Part shown: in pieces, positions 26,191 through 38,052 of the stretch | How positions within the stretch are numbered: the first letter of the stretch is position 1 | Layout: each line of letters opens with the position of its first letter | Assembly (NCBI GenBank): GCA_951406725.2 | Contig: OX597818.1 | Coordinates: 2,914,001-2,978,000, forward strand | DNA length: 64,000 nucleotides | Reading direction: 5' to 3' | Origin: Octopus vulgaris | Taxonomy: Eukaryota | Notes under the pieces: generated by a model | Told to the model about the DNA's origin: nothing | The model's input: the letters and a program-made list of their open reading frames with translations, nothing else | Database searches by the model: none | Made by a program: the position numbers and the translations under genes

Positions 26191-27968
26191 AAACCATAAA
26201 AGTGAGAATGAAGGAAAAGAACCTTGGTGGAAAAGAAGAATAAAGCAATCAATGAATGCACTATGAAAACATATCAACATCTTGGAAAGAAAGAAAAATG
26301 ATGAAATCAAGAGGAAGGAGAAATATCAGGAACTAGAACATAGATATAGGATAAAGGAAAAGGGCCTAAACGGAGTTACTGAAGAGCTGAAACAAAGATT
26401 GCAGGCTAAAACGACAAAGATCAAGAGATATGACCAAAGAGTTGAACAATATAAAATCAATAGATTGTTCCAACAAGACCACAAAAAATGTTTATCAATA
26501 GCTGAATAGAAATATTAACAACAGTGAAAGACCGGGCATTGAAGAAAGTAGAAGGTCCTGGAGTAACATCTGGGATAATCAAAGAAAGCATTACAAAGAT
26601 GCCAAATGGTTGAAGGAATTAAGATCACAAAAATATGAAGTGAAACAGCAATATTAGAATAACAACTGAAATGGAGACTGAACAGACAACAAAGATCCCA
26701 AGCTGGATATGCCCAGACCTGTGTGGGATACAAGGATATAGGCTGGAAAATTTCCCAGCACTTCACAGAAGAATAGCCATGCAAATGGTTAAAATGATCA
26801 ACAATGGGGTGCAAATCCCAAAGTGGTTGACCACAGGTAAAACAATTCTTTGCCAAAAGGATTCCAGTAAAGGCAATGCAGTGGATAATTACTGACCTAT
26901 CACCTGCCTGCCCCTGATGTAGAAGCTGATGACAGGAATAATATCTAATTATGTGTATAACTTCCTGGAAATGAATAACAAACTGCCAGTGAAACAGAAA
27001 GGATGCAGAAAGAAAAGCCAAGGAACAAAAGACCAATATCTTATAGACAGAATGGTCCTGAACAACTGCAAGAAAAGATTACTAACCTGGGCATGGTGAG
27101 ATCAATTATAAGAAAGCATATGACATGGTCTCCCATTTCTGGATTTTAGAAAGTACTGAGCTGGTACAGGTGTCTGATAACATATTAAATTTTATTAGGA
27201 GATCAATGAAGAACTGGAATACAGAGTTAACCTAATGTGGAAAATTTTTAGTGAGGGTTAATAACAAGAGAGGCATATTTCAAGGAGATAGCCTAACACT
27301 ATTGCTGTTTGTGATTTGTATGAAACTCCTTACACAGATACTACGGAAAGTGATTTTGGGGTACACCTTGAAAAGTGGAAGAAAACTAAATCATTTGTTA
27401 TATATGGATTATTTAAAGATCTTTGGGAAGACTGAACATGAAATAAATGACCTAGTTTCAACAGTACAGATATTCAGTAAAGATATCGGAATGGAATTTG
27501 GGACTAAGAAGTGTGGTATGGTTATAAAACAAAATGGCAAAATAGAGTCGTCTGATGGAGTAGAACTACCCAATGGTGAGAAAATCAAGGATATTGAGAC
27601 TGATGGATATAAGTACCTGGGTATTTTGGAATATGACAAAATCAAGGAAAGCTTTAGGTAAGAATATCTCAGAAGAACCAAATTAATTATGGGAAGTAGG
27701 CTCAATGGAAAAAACAAGATCAGGGCAATGAATACATGGGCTATTTCCTTAATATGATATGGCACAGGTGTTGTTAGGTGGACAAAGAATAAGTTTGATG
27801 AAATGGAAAGGAAAACCAGAGAAGTGATGACAAGGAACTACACCCCAAAAGCAGTTCTGACAGGCTGTATGTGCCTAGGTACAAGGAAGGAAGAGGCCTC
27901 ATAGAATGCAAGATCTGTGTTGTCAATGAGAAGAACAGTCTGGAATAATAAATCAAACAGCAGAGTGA
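26190..27968 (+). mobile_element. Third R4/Dong-like LINE fragment
   Basis: EELKQRLQAKTTKIKRY, KWLTTGKTIL, RGIFQGDSL, HLLYMDYLK..IGMEFGTKKC..YKYLG. Confidence 0.85.
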
Positions 27969-29355
27969 ATCCTTGCTTCCTCTCAGCCCATTTCTGAGTA
28001 AGATTGACCACCCTATTCATCACCTTGTCCCAGTTCTTATCTGTCAAAACTGAACCAGACCCTGAGCAGTTTAACTGGTCCGTCAGTCTAGTGTCCAATG
28101 CTGCCATTCAATGGCATCTCCAGGTACCCAGTCACAAGCCCACCAACTTGTTGGCATTGATTTTGGCCCTTGCAATCAACTCATGTTATTTTAAAATGGA
28201 GCTAACTGTCTCCACTTAGGAGTCGTCTGACTCCATGACAGTGATGTTATTCGCAGCTACTGACACTGACCATCTGTGTCCCAGTTTAAAAGGTGTGCCC
28301 CCTCAACTGTTCCAACTTCTGCAGTAGTGGCTCAAGAGCCAGCACATACAAAAGAGGAGACAGCAGGCAGCTCTGACAGACCAAGTGTGTGATGCAAAAC
28401 AGTTCCTGTAAGTGGCTGTTTACTTTGACCACTAAGCAAGTATTGCTATGTATTACAGTGATCCAGCCTCTGAAAATGGGTCCCAAACCATCCACTTTCA
28501 GGACAACTTCTAAGTAGCGATGGTCAATCCTATCAAATGCTTTTGACTGATCCAAATTGATCAAGGTACCACCAAAACCAGCTTTAGTCCCAGCTATCTC
28601 TATGATGTATCACATAAGGTGGAGGTTGTCACGGATAGACCTGTTTGGAATTGTGCATGTTTGCGCTTCTCTGACCAGACTACTGACAACAAGCACCAAC
28701 CTTTTCACTAACACCTTGGCCAAAATTTTAAACTCTTAAAATCTTAAAGTTATGGGCCCAAAATTTCCAAGCATGTTCCCATTGTGGGTATCCTTCCTCA
28801 GAAGCATTGACACACCCTGGCTAACAGCACTAGGAATTCTTCTGTTCTGTTGCCAAAAGGTCACCAAACAAATCTTGGCATGAACACATATAATTTATAG
28901 GGTAGACCATCCAAACCAGGTGACCAAACCAGGTGATTTGCAACTTGTGCAATTGCTCATCACTTCCTGTATTTCAGTGGCCATTATCAGCTTTTTGCAG
29001 AACCTTGCATCACCTGCCGTCCAGTCTGCTGCTGTCATTGACCCATTGCCTTTCCCAAGCAGCTGCACACATCTGCTCAAAACTGAGTAGTAAGCACCCA
29101 TCTCAATATGTCAAAGACCCAATTGTGATTTTGTTGTCATGTCGCATCTCCACCATTCTGGCCTTAGCTTTGGCAATGCAGCCTTCATGTTTTGCCTCAA
29201 AGAAATGATTGAAGGCCATTCTTGCCATTAGCACATTAGTTGTGATGCCTTAACTAATTGCCTTTCTAGTCTGCTAACTAGTTCTCTCTCTAATCTATTT
29301 CTTTCTATTGCTAATTCTTTGCTAAATGCTATCGATCCTACTCTAACTGCTGATC
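27968..29355 (-). mobile_element. Second Tx1/L1-like LINE RT fragment
   Basis: LINLDQSKAFDRIDH, LSPLLYVLALEPLL, QKWAERK, KSPGL. Confidence 0.8.
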
Positions 29356-29719
29356 CTACTCTTATTATGCATTAGGTAGGCAATCTCAAGAGAAACACAC
29401 CAAAACCTCTTACAAAATATGGAGAACACTATTTGGATAAACCAAGTTAGCAAATGTTAAGAGTGGTATCTTTAGAAATGATAGACTCATGGGTAGTGAA
29501 ATAAGTACAATCAAGCATGCAATGAAAATGTCCTGAATATAAGACAACAAGGAACTGAAGAGAGCAGTCTATTATGAGTTTTAATTGAAAGACTGCCATC
29601 TGACCAAATCATGCAAAGACCTGAAGAAATAAGAAATTCTAATGAATTTGATAAAGATAAAGCAACACTATTTGAAGACCATATATTTGCCAGAGAACAT
29701 AGAGAATTTATGATGGAAA

Positions 29720-30428
29720 TCATCATCATCATTGTTTAACATCTGTTTTCTATGTTGGTATGGGTTTGATGGTTTGACTGAGGACTGGCAAGCTAGTAGA
29801 CTGCATCGGGCTCCAATCTGATCTGGCATAGTTTCTACAGCTGGATGCCCTTCCTAATGCCAACCACTCTGAGAGTGTAGTTGGTGCTTTTTACATGCTG
29901 CTGCCATGGAAGCCCATCAGGCAGAAGTGGCATCAACCATGTTTGGATGGTGCTTTTTACGCGCAACTGGCATGGGAGCCTGTTGGGGTCGCTGGTTTTG
30001 ACCATGTTTGGAAGGTGCTTTTTATGTGCCACCAACATGGGGAGCCAGTCAGGCAGCACTGGCATCAACTCACACCTCAATGGTGCCTATTGTGTTACAC
30101 CAGTACGAATGCCAGCCACGACTACAATTTCATTTGACTCAACAGGTCTTTTCAAGCACGTGATGCCCAGCAATTCAAGGGTACTTTTACATGGGCTGGT
30201 TATGCGACACTGGTATTGGCCACATCTGCGATCTCACTTTATTTGCTGGGTCTTCTCAATCACATCATATCTCCAAAGGTCCCGGTCTTTTGCCATTGCC
30301 TCTGTGAGGCCAAACGTTCAAAGGTTGTGCTTTACCACCTCATCCTGTGTCTTCCTGGGTCTACCTCTCCCACAGGTTCCTTCCACTGTTATGGTGTAAC
30401 GCTTCTTCACACAGCTGTCCTCATCCAT
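29720..30428 (-). mobile_element. RTE LINE 3' end
   Basis: VEGTCGRGRPRKT..VVKH, 3' UTR GTTGGCATTAGGAAGGGCATCCAGC, (CAT)n tail. Confidence 0.88.
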
Positions 30429-30462
<34 letters not shown>

Positions 30463-30506
30463 ATATATATACATACATACACACATACATGTATAATATA
30501 TATATA

Positions 30507-30800
30507 TCTATATATATATATAAAACTCAACTTGTGTGTCTGTGTGTGTATCTGTGTGTGTGTCTGTGTGTTTAACTTCCCAGCACATCTCCTCCTAGCC
30601 AACAAATCATAGAACCACCAAAAATGGGTCACTTAAAGTTTAGGTGAATGAAAATTGAACTGCGCTATTTCTGTTCCGAAATTCATCTCGCAAGTGCAAA
30701 AATCGATAATGTGTTTGTTTAGGCCTTATCCCATACATTGAATAGTGAACTTTACTCAGTCAGCTGTTTGACGTGGCCATTGATAAAATTTTTTTTCGAA
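30507..30800 (+). mobile_element. Helitron-like 5' end fragment
   Basis: A|TCTATATATATATAAAACT start followed by (TG/TCTG)n, as in the other Helitron starts here; no 3' end found. Confidence 0.5.
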
Positions 30801-30819
30801 AAAATTTTATCCTACATCA

Positions 30820-30871
<52 letters not shown>

Positions 30872-31109
30872 TATACAAGTACTACAACAAACACTTACAT
30901 ATTTATACATACACGCATAGTTGTCTGCTCTCACTGGATGTGGTTATGTATACTTTCAGCCTTGTGTGTATGCCTATACATGCATGTGCCTGTGTAGAGA
31001 GACACACACACCACATACATGCCCACACATCAATGCTTACATATACATAGACACACGTACACACATGTATACATATATAAATATACAAACACACACACAT
31101 ATGTAGATA

Positions 31110-32790
31110 GGGACATCCTAATTGAGAAATTTGATGAGAGAAGAGGAACTAGACTTGTGATATAGAGGGCAAGTGGGAATTCCTGCGTGACAGCTTGCTG
31201 AGTGCCACTGAGCAAATCAGCAGCTGGTGCAATGTCACATCCAAACCTAAGGTGATGTGGTGGTGGACTGATGCTGTAGACCATTGGAGCAAAGAAACAG
31301 GCTTGAAAGGCCTGGAAGAGTGGGGGTAACAGGGAACTATAACAGCTGGCCAGAAGGGAAGCTAGGAAACAAGTATAGCTAGTCAGGGGAGAGGCAGAAA
31401 AGAAGTTTGCCTACGTTCAGCAACCAAAGACTTGAGGTGTTTTGGATTGCAGGATAGTATGTAAGACAATATTGTGATGTCATAGGAGAGAAATGTGTCT
31501 GCATGGATGATGGTGCATTTGCATTTAATGATTCTGCAAAGAAAGCGGTTTGGAAATGCCATTATGAAAGACTGCTGAACATGGAGAATGAATGGGAGGA
31601 GAGTCTACCAATTACTGACCCAATTGAGGGACCAGCTATCCAGATTGACAGTCCTTTGCTAGATAATGTAATTAAAGATATGAAAACAGGGAAAGCTCCT
31701 GGCCCATCAGGAATCATTGCTGAGATGCTTAAAATATCTTGCAGTCTAGTCACTTGTATTGTAAATCAGGTGGTTCATGAAGGAGTCATACCCAATGACT
31801 GGTGTAGCAGTACCATAGTCAACTGATAGAAAGGTAAAGGTGATGCATTAGATAGAAATAATTAGAGGTATCAAACTGTTGGATCAGGCGATGAAAGTTA
31901 TGGAGAGTGTCATAACCCAACTCATTAGGGAGCTAGTTAGTCTAGATGAGATGCAATTTGGTTTTGTGCTAGGGAGAAGCACCACTAATGTTATATTCCT
32001 AGTTAGGCAACTGCAGGAGAAATACATAGTCAAAGATAAACCTCTATACTTTGACTTCGTTGATTTGGAGAAAGCCTTTGATAGGGTCTCCCTATCCCTT
32101 ATCTGATGGTCAATGCAGAAACTAGGGATAGATGAGTGGTTAGTGAGAGATGTACCAGCCATGTACAGGGACACTATTAGTAAGAATTCAAGGTACAAGC
32201 AGGTGTTCACCAAGGATCGATCCTCAGCCTCCTCTTGTTCATCATAGTCCTCCAAGCAATAACAGAGGAATTCAAGGCAAGCTGCCCCTGGGAGATCCTC
32301 TATGCTGATGAACTTGTTCTTATAGTTGAATCACTACCAGAACTAGAGGCAGACAAATCACAAATCCCTTCAGGTAGTTGGCCCTGCTCAATCTGTAGAA
32401 AAGGTGTAGATAGAAACTCCATAAGATGTACCCAGTGTAAGTTATGGACACACAAGAGGTGCAGCAATATCAAAGGAAGGCTAACAAGGATAATAGCTTT
32501 TGTGTGTGGAAGATGCACAGGTACAATAAAAACTGAAAATGTAAAGAAAATAGACACCATCAACTGCCAGTAGGATAAATTAGAGGTAGTAGATAGTTTC
32601 TGTTATCTAGGTGACCAAGTTAGTAGCGGAGATGGATGCTCTGAGAGTGTAGCTATAAGAATAAGAAAAGGGTGGGCTAAGTTCGGAGAGCTCCTACTTC
32701 TGCTGGCAACAAAGGGCTTCTTCCTCAGAGTGAAAAGCAGATTGTATGATGCCAGTATGCAAATGGCTATGCTACATGGCATGAAACATG
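31110..32790 (+). mobile_element. Degraded RTE LINE
   Basis: MKTGKAPGPSG, MQFGF..GRSTT, FVDLEKAFDRV, LYADEL, CSICRKG..CTQCKLWTHKRC..VCGRC. Confidence 0.9.
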
Positions 32791-33206
32791 TATATATTCG
32801 AGTTTAGTCAGACATATAGATACACTCCAATGTTGTATTCCATGGGTCATATCAAGTAAAACTAGACAATGTGATAAAAAAATGAAACAACACAGCATAA
32901 TACAACATTAATACAGCAATAATTTCATGCACATAGCATGTGTTCTAATTAACTGGTGCATTTATGCATATTGGTTAGATAAGCTGTACATAATTATATG
33001 TTCATGAATAGGCTGTCCGTAATGGCATTGTGAGTCGATAGGTGTTGATTGAATAAACAATTTATCATGCAACATATAATCCATGGAAAGCCTCATAGCC
33101 AGAATTGCAATATCCTGTGTTGCTGAGCATAAGATGGTGGTGTGTTCATCACCCAGGAAGTAGTAAGTAAAGACACTCATAAACATATGCAGGAGAGTGA
33201 GCACAT

Positions 33207-33850
33207 ACAGTGGCAGCCAAAATGTTCAGAACGGCATTGTTTTCATCAGAAAAGTAGATATAATTTTTTTATCAAAGTTGTTTTATATTCTATAATTTTC
33301 ACAGACAATAAATACGATATTATTTGTTATTTCCTGAGATTTTGGTGTAATTTGAGAGGATAATACAAAAGTTATGGATGATTTAGTGATTTACTGCAAA
33401 ACCCATGGCAGCCAAAATGATCAGAACGGTTGCTTTTACTCCGTGTTTTAGTATATTTAACCGGCAAACTCTAATGTTTTGAATTTGTTTACGTGACGGT
33501 TCGTTTACTAAACGTTAGTAAGAATATTTGCAGTGTACTTTGTTAATATAATGCCACTTACTCCGTTACCAATTCGTCAGCAGATTATTAAGCTTCGAAG
33601 GAAGGATAATTTAAGTATTGGATCTATTGCAAAGATTGTTAACAAGTCAAAAAGTGTTGCACACAGTATTCTTAAGGTCTACGATGATTGTGGTTCGTGT
33701 GAAGCAAGAAAGTTTTCAGGTAGGCCAAGAAAAACAACCAAGAGAGAAGATTGTGCTATGGTAAAGTTGGTTAAAAAGGACAGATTTAAAACTGCTGCTG
33801 CTGTTTCTCGGAAACATTGTATTGAAGAAAACTTTATCTCGAAAAACTAT
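33207..33850 (+). mobile_element. Tc1-like element 5' part (TIR + HTH of transposase)
   Basis: TA|CAGTGGCAGCCAAAATGTTCAGAACG with an inner repeat near 33405 (IR/DR-like); ORF 33533 has paired-like HTH and GRPRKTT. Confidence 0.85.
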
Positions 33851-33864
33851 TATATTCTTTTCTA

Positions 33865-34075
33865 CTCTAGTTACAAGGGCTGAAATTTTGGGGAAGGGGC
33901 CAGTTGATTAGATCAACCCCAGTGTGCAGCTGGTACTTAATTTATCGACTCCCGAAAGGATGAAAGGCAAAGACAACCTTGGCAAAATTTAAACTCAGAA
34001 CGTAAAGACAGACAAAATACCACTAAGTATTTTGCCTGGCGTGCTAAGGTTTCTGCCAGTTTGCTACCTTCATTG
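33865..34075 (-). mobile_element. SINE with Nin/Deu-like central domain
   Basis: Minus strand TTTGCCTTTCATCCTTTCGGGAGTCGATAAATTAAGTACC after a tRNA-like head. Confidence 0.75.
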
Positions 34076-34091
34076 TTCCTATTATACAATA

Positions 34092-34625
34092 CTAGCAGTA
34101 TAACCCAGCTTTGCCCGGGATTAAGTTAGGATTATTAAGCTAATCAAGTTCTTCATTTCAAACCAAAGTAAGTAACATCGACGTCAAATTTGGGTGAAAT
34201 CCGTTGAAATGTGTAAACTTTTGGCTGAAAATGAGTTGCAGACAGCTTGATTGGGTAATCCCATAAGAAATCAGTTTATCGATTTTTTCCACTCATCAAT
34301 TTTTTTTTTTGTTCTTGGAGAACTTAAAGCATTCAAAGATCCCATGAATTCTAAGTAATGTTGGCATCAAGTTTGAACAAAATACATCAAAATTGGTAGA
34401 CGTTATTGTTGAAAATGGGGTGTAGCCAATTTTATTGGGAAATCCTATAAGGAATCGGTTTATCGATTTTTTTTTATACTGATTAAATGGCAAACCCCAT
34501 AAGGAATCAGTTTATTGAATTTTCACACCAAATAGGACTTAACCGAACACAATATTGCTGATTAAAAAACATCTATATTTATACTTTAAAGTTGGTTTTC
34601 ACACCCAACCCAGTTCTGCAGAATT
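34092..34625 (-). mobile_element. Non-autonomous Helitron 3' part
   Basis: CCCGGGCAAAGCTGGG hairpin + CTAG|T at 34092; three internal subrepeats of CCCATAAGRAATCRGTTTAT. Confidence 0.7.
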
Positions 34626-34929
34626 AGTGTTGCAACAGAAGCACATGGGTTGGGAGTTTGATCGGCAGGTGATCAGATTGCACATGCCAGCCCTTTGAAA
34701 ACACCACCCCCATCATCTACCCCGCCTCCTTTGCCCATGGGTTGGGAACCCTTCCAGCAAGGAAAATAGAATGCCCAAAAGGGGCTCCCGAGTCTCTGTG
34801 TCAGAAGCGGTTATGTTCAGATCACAACTAAGCCTTAAGTATATATATATATGTATATATGTGGATAGTGGTGAGGGGATATCCACAAAAGATGAAGTGG
34901 CGAACCATGAGTTGAGACAGAGTCTCAAA

Positions 34930-35834
34930 GTTTAAACATGTCTGGGCTTAATTTGTTGAGTTTAAATTATTCACATTCTCTATTTACGATTTTGGCATAC
35001 GTAACAAAATCTTCCATTTCTTTTTTTTTTTTTTCAAATTCAAACACTCCCAGCAACTATTGAATAGTGAACTTCTTTTAATGAATATTTTAGACAATAG
35101 CTTAATTGTTTCTTCAAAACAAATTTCGGATGGTTTTCTCAGCAAAATGTAATTACAAAACTTTTCATGTTCTGCTAGTGATAGTTTCCTTAAAAGAAGA
35201 CATACCTTTTTTTCATCCATCTAGCTTTTACACTTTTCTTTGAAGATTCCTTCATACCTTCTGAAGTATGCAGAGAAAGTAATCCCTTCTTCTGGATTAT
35301 ATGTGAATTCTTCAATTAAATTAGCAACCACATCTGCTGAAAACAAACCTGAAGTGTTTTTTGACTACAACAATAATTCCAACAACTGTTGATTTTGTTG
35401 TTGTTATTGTAGTTACTGTTGTACCTGTTCTTGATGTTTCTGTTGTTCTTGTTGTTGCTGCTGCCGTTCTTGTTGTTATAGTTGCCGTTGCAACTGAACC
35501 ACGGAAGCTAATAGGTCTTCCATTCTAAGAACATGCACTGTGAGCTTCGAATGTCTCGTTGCCACTGTTGTGTCTTGTTGACACTATTATGTCCTTCTCT
35601 GAACTGACTATATATGCCACTTTATCATGTGGGCTTATAACAAGGTTATAACAATACAAATATAAATCAGAAGCAATACGTAACAAACAATATCTCTTCT
35701 TTAAGACTTCTACAACTGTCTTTACAAAGCACCTGCACACACCACACTGTCCCTCACTGACAGTGTGCATGTGCTTTTATACTGTTTAGGACAGTTGACT
35801 TGCTATCCCACAGGGGTGTCAGAATTTCACAACA
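34930..35834 (-). mobile_element. Gypsy remnant: 5' LTR + PBS + gag N-terminus
   Basis: LTR 35566-35834 (TG...CA), PBS-like TGGCAACGAG, gag MEDLLASV-polyQ..EHEKFCNYIL, homologous to the gag at 45054-45612. Confidence 0.8.
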
Positions 35835-36369
35835 ATAACTCTCTTTCTTTTTGTCTGTCTATCTCAGCAAATAGCTGTGGATGTTGCTGTTACTTTTCTA
35901 CAGTTGAAGAGAGAGGTAGAAAGAAAAAGAGAAATAAAAGTGTTAAGAAGAGGAGATATATTTGAAGTGAGTGGCAGAGTGAAAGAGAGGAGGGACAGAG
36001 AGGAAGTGAGAGAGAAAGAGTGAGTGGTTAGTGAAGGAAGATGGTGTTCGTTTTGTGTTTTTAAATGCTTATCAGTATTTTCAGAGTAGACAGATACAAA
36101 CCACAGCAAATATTGGCTGTTACTTTTACTTTCCTACAATATAATTGATTACTGTATTCTATATACTGAGTCCTCAGCCTATATTGGATATTACTTTTAC
36201 TTTTCTACACTATAATTGGATTTTACTTTTAAAGATGCTTACATTTCTTGTATTTCGTAGAATTTCCCAGGGTCCTGCTTATACATAATTATTCGATAGT
36301 TATTAAATGAAGTCACTATTTACAGATGCTTACACTTTTTGTTTTCTGTGAAGTTTATATGGGTCCAGC

Positions 36370-36420
<51 letters not shown>

Positions 36421-36432
36421 TAATATAATTAT
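36370..36432. repeat. (TAT)n microsatellite
   Basis: Direct reading. Confidence 0.95.
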
Positions 36433-36490
36433 GATTATGTTGAGTATAATTGTGATTAGAAATAATATATCAATAATTATATAAACAATT

Positions 36491-36496
36491 TTTATT
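36491..36496 (-). promoter_or_regulatory. Candidate polyadenylation signal AATAAA of the HORMAD-like gene
   Basis: About 25 nt downstream of the TGA at 36522-36524; the region is AT-rich, so a chance match is possible. Confidence 0.45.
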
Positions 36497-36521
36497 AAAA
36501 AAACTATGTGTACATAATACC

Positions 36522-36605
36522 TCAGCTTTTTAAAGACAGAAGAGGAGGGATAGTATCCATTACACTTGCAGGTTCTTCTACATCAGTGAAAGTGATACAA
36601 TTCAT
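36522..36605 (-). CDS. Candidate terminal coding exon of the HORMAD-like gene (MNCITFTDVEEPASVMDTIPPLLSLKS*)
   Basis: Acceptor TTGTTCACGTAG, phase 0 matches the preceding exon, ends in TGA, AATAAA follows. Confidence 0.55.
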   Translation of the reverse strand: MNCITFTDVEEPASVMDTIPPLLSLKS

Positions 36606-36898
36606 CTACGTGAACAATAGTAGATTGGCATGTGTAGGAAAATATGGACAGGTTATAATTAGAGATAGTGCAGTATTAGAAATGTGTAGTGACTGAGACT
36701 TTGTTGAATATATGATGGTCTTGTGCCCCAAGTGAAGGATGTTTCCAAAATCTCAATTTGTTGAGTAAGTGTGTTCTCAACATATTTTAATATAATTCAT
36801 TAACCTAATCAATACCTTCATAATTTCTGATGGTGCTGGTTACAACCAATCAAATTTTAAATATGTTTTGAAGAATTTTATGAATTAAGCCAACTTAC

Positions 36899-36995
36899 AT
36901 TATTATAGCAGTTTTCGTCTTCCTTCATATTTTCCTTACTGAAGTATTTTTGCAAGCCTGCAGCTAATTTCTTTGGATCTATTATCTTGGTTGAT
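36899..36995 (-). CDS. HORMAD1: Internal exon of HORMAD/Hop1-like gene (STKIIDPKKLAAGLQKYFSKENMKEDENCYNN)
   Basis: Acceptor ATTTTAG, donor GTAAGT, 97 nt, open frame; first base completes the CG|A Arg codon of the upstream exon. Confidence 0.75.
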
Positions 36996-37146
36996 CTAAA
37001 ATTATATACATTTATAAAATGTGATATTATTGCAAATGAAGTTTAATCAAATAAGAAAAATTTTAGAATTGAATCTTTTATTTATAATTTTTATTTCATA
37101 TCAAATTCTTTGTTTATTTGTTTAAAACAGTGTATGATATAATTAC

Positions 37147-37316
37147 CGTTTTAATTTTCCATTTGCAGATTTTTTAATAAATCCTTCACTTTCTAATCTA
37201 TGAAATAAGCCATGAGCCACAGTATTTTCCAACCCTAATTTCTTTGTAAATCCATGAAGTGTTATCTTACTTTCTTCAGTACATAATAAAAGTACCCTTC
37301 GCCACATACATGTAGT
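37147..37316 (-). CDS. HORMAD1: Internal exon, winged-helix region of meiotic HORMAD/Hop1-like protein (TTCMWRRVLLLCTEESKITLHGFTKKLGLENTVAHGLFHRLESEGFIKKSANGKLKR)
   Basis: Acceptor TTTTTACTCTAG, donor GTAATT, 170 nt open frame; pattern WRR.L..C...KKLG.E.TVA.GL..RLE.EGFI recalled from invertebrate HORMAD wHTH domains. Orthology to HORMAD1 versus HORMAD2 is not resolvable. Confidence 0.75.
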
Positions 37317-38052
37317 CTAGAGTAAAAATAGAAAAATATAAACATAAATATTTAATTTTTGATTTACAATCCCGCATTGTGTACATAAAGATTAAACCAC
37401 ATAAGAAACAAAAAATTATAAACATACTGTGTCACAAACTAGTGAATAAATATATTATTTCAAAAATATTATTAATAAATAGTAAAAAACCTGTCTTAAA
37501 CAAACTGTAAATTCATACAAATTTTAATTCTGTTCTATTTCAGGTTTTTGAAATTTTAAATTGATATCAAGAGGATGTTTCATGAAATGAAATTATAAAG
37601 AGTTTGAACTAAAATTTGATTACTTGAAAAAAAATTCAGTTTTTTTTTTCCACAGAAATTTGATCTGCTTTGTTCAAATTTAGTTTCCCACTTGTATCAT
37701 AGATTTTAATTTATGGAAACATTTCAGCAGTTGTCATTAGCAAGGTGCCTCAATGAACTTTTCTCAAAGAGATATACAGCAAAGAGCTAGTCAACAGCCC
37801 AGTTAGGTGCAAATATGAATGTATAATCTGAGTATAGAAGCTGAAGGTTTTGAAGCAGTTGCCTTTAGTTATCCTCTTCTCTTTGATTTTTGAAGAGATA
37901 TTCCCATCAGTAGGGCAACTGACCTCCATAGAAGTTCATATTTTTTCTTCTCTGTCCCAAACAATAACCGGTCTGTTACATTTGTACTTGCTAAAAGTTT
38001 TGCTGGGAATATTTCACCAAAAATTCCTTGTGTTGATGTTTATGTATGCATT

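Noticed and set aside
36521-36603. Alternative frame ELYHFH*CRRTCKC as a selenoprotein exon
   Set aside because: Phase does not match the upstream exon and no SECIS was seen; the phase-0 frame is open to a normal stop.
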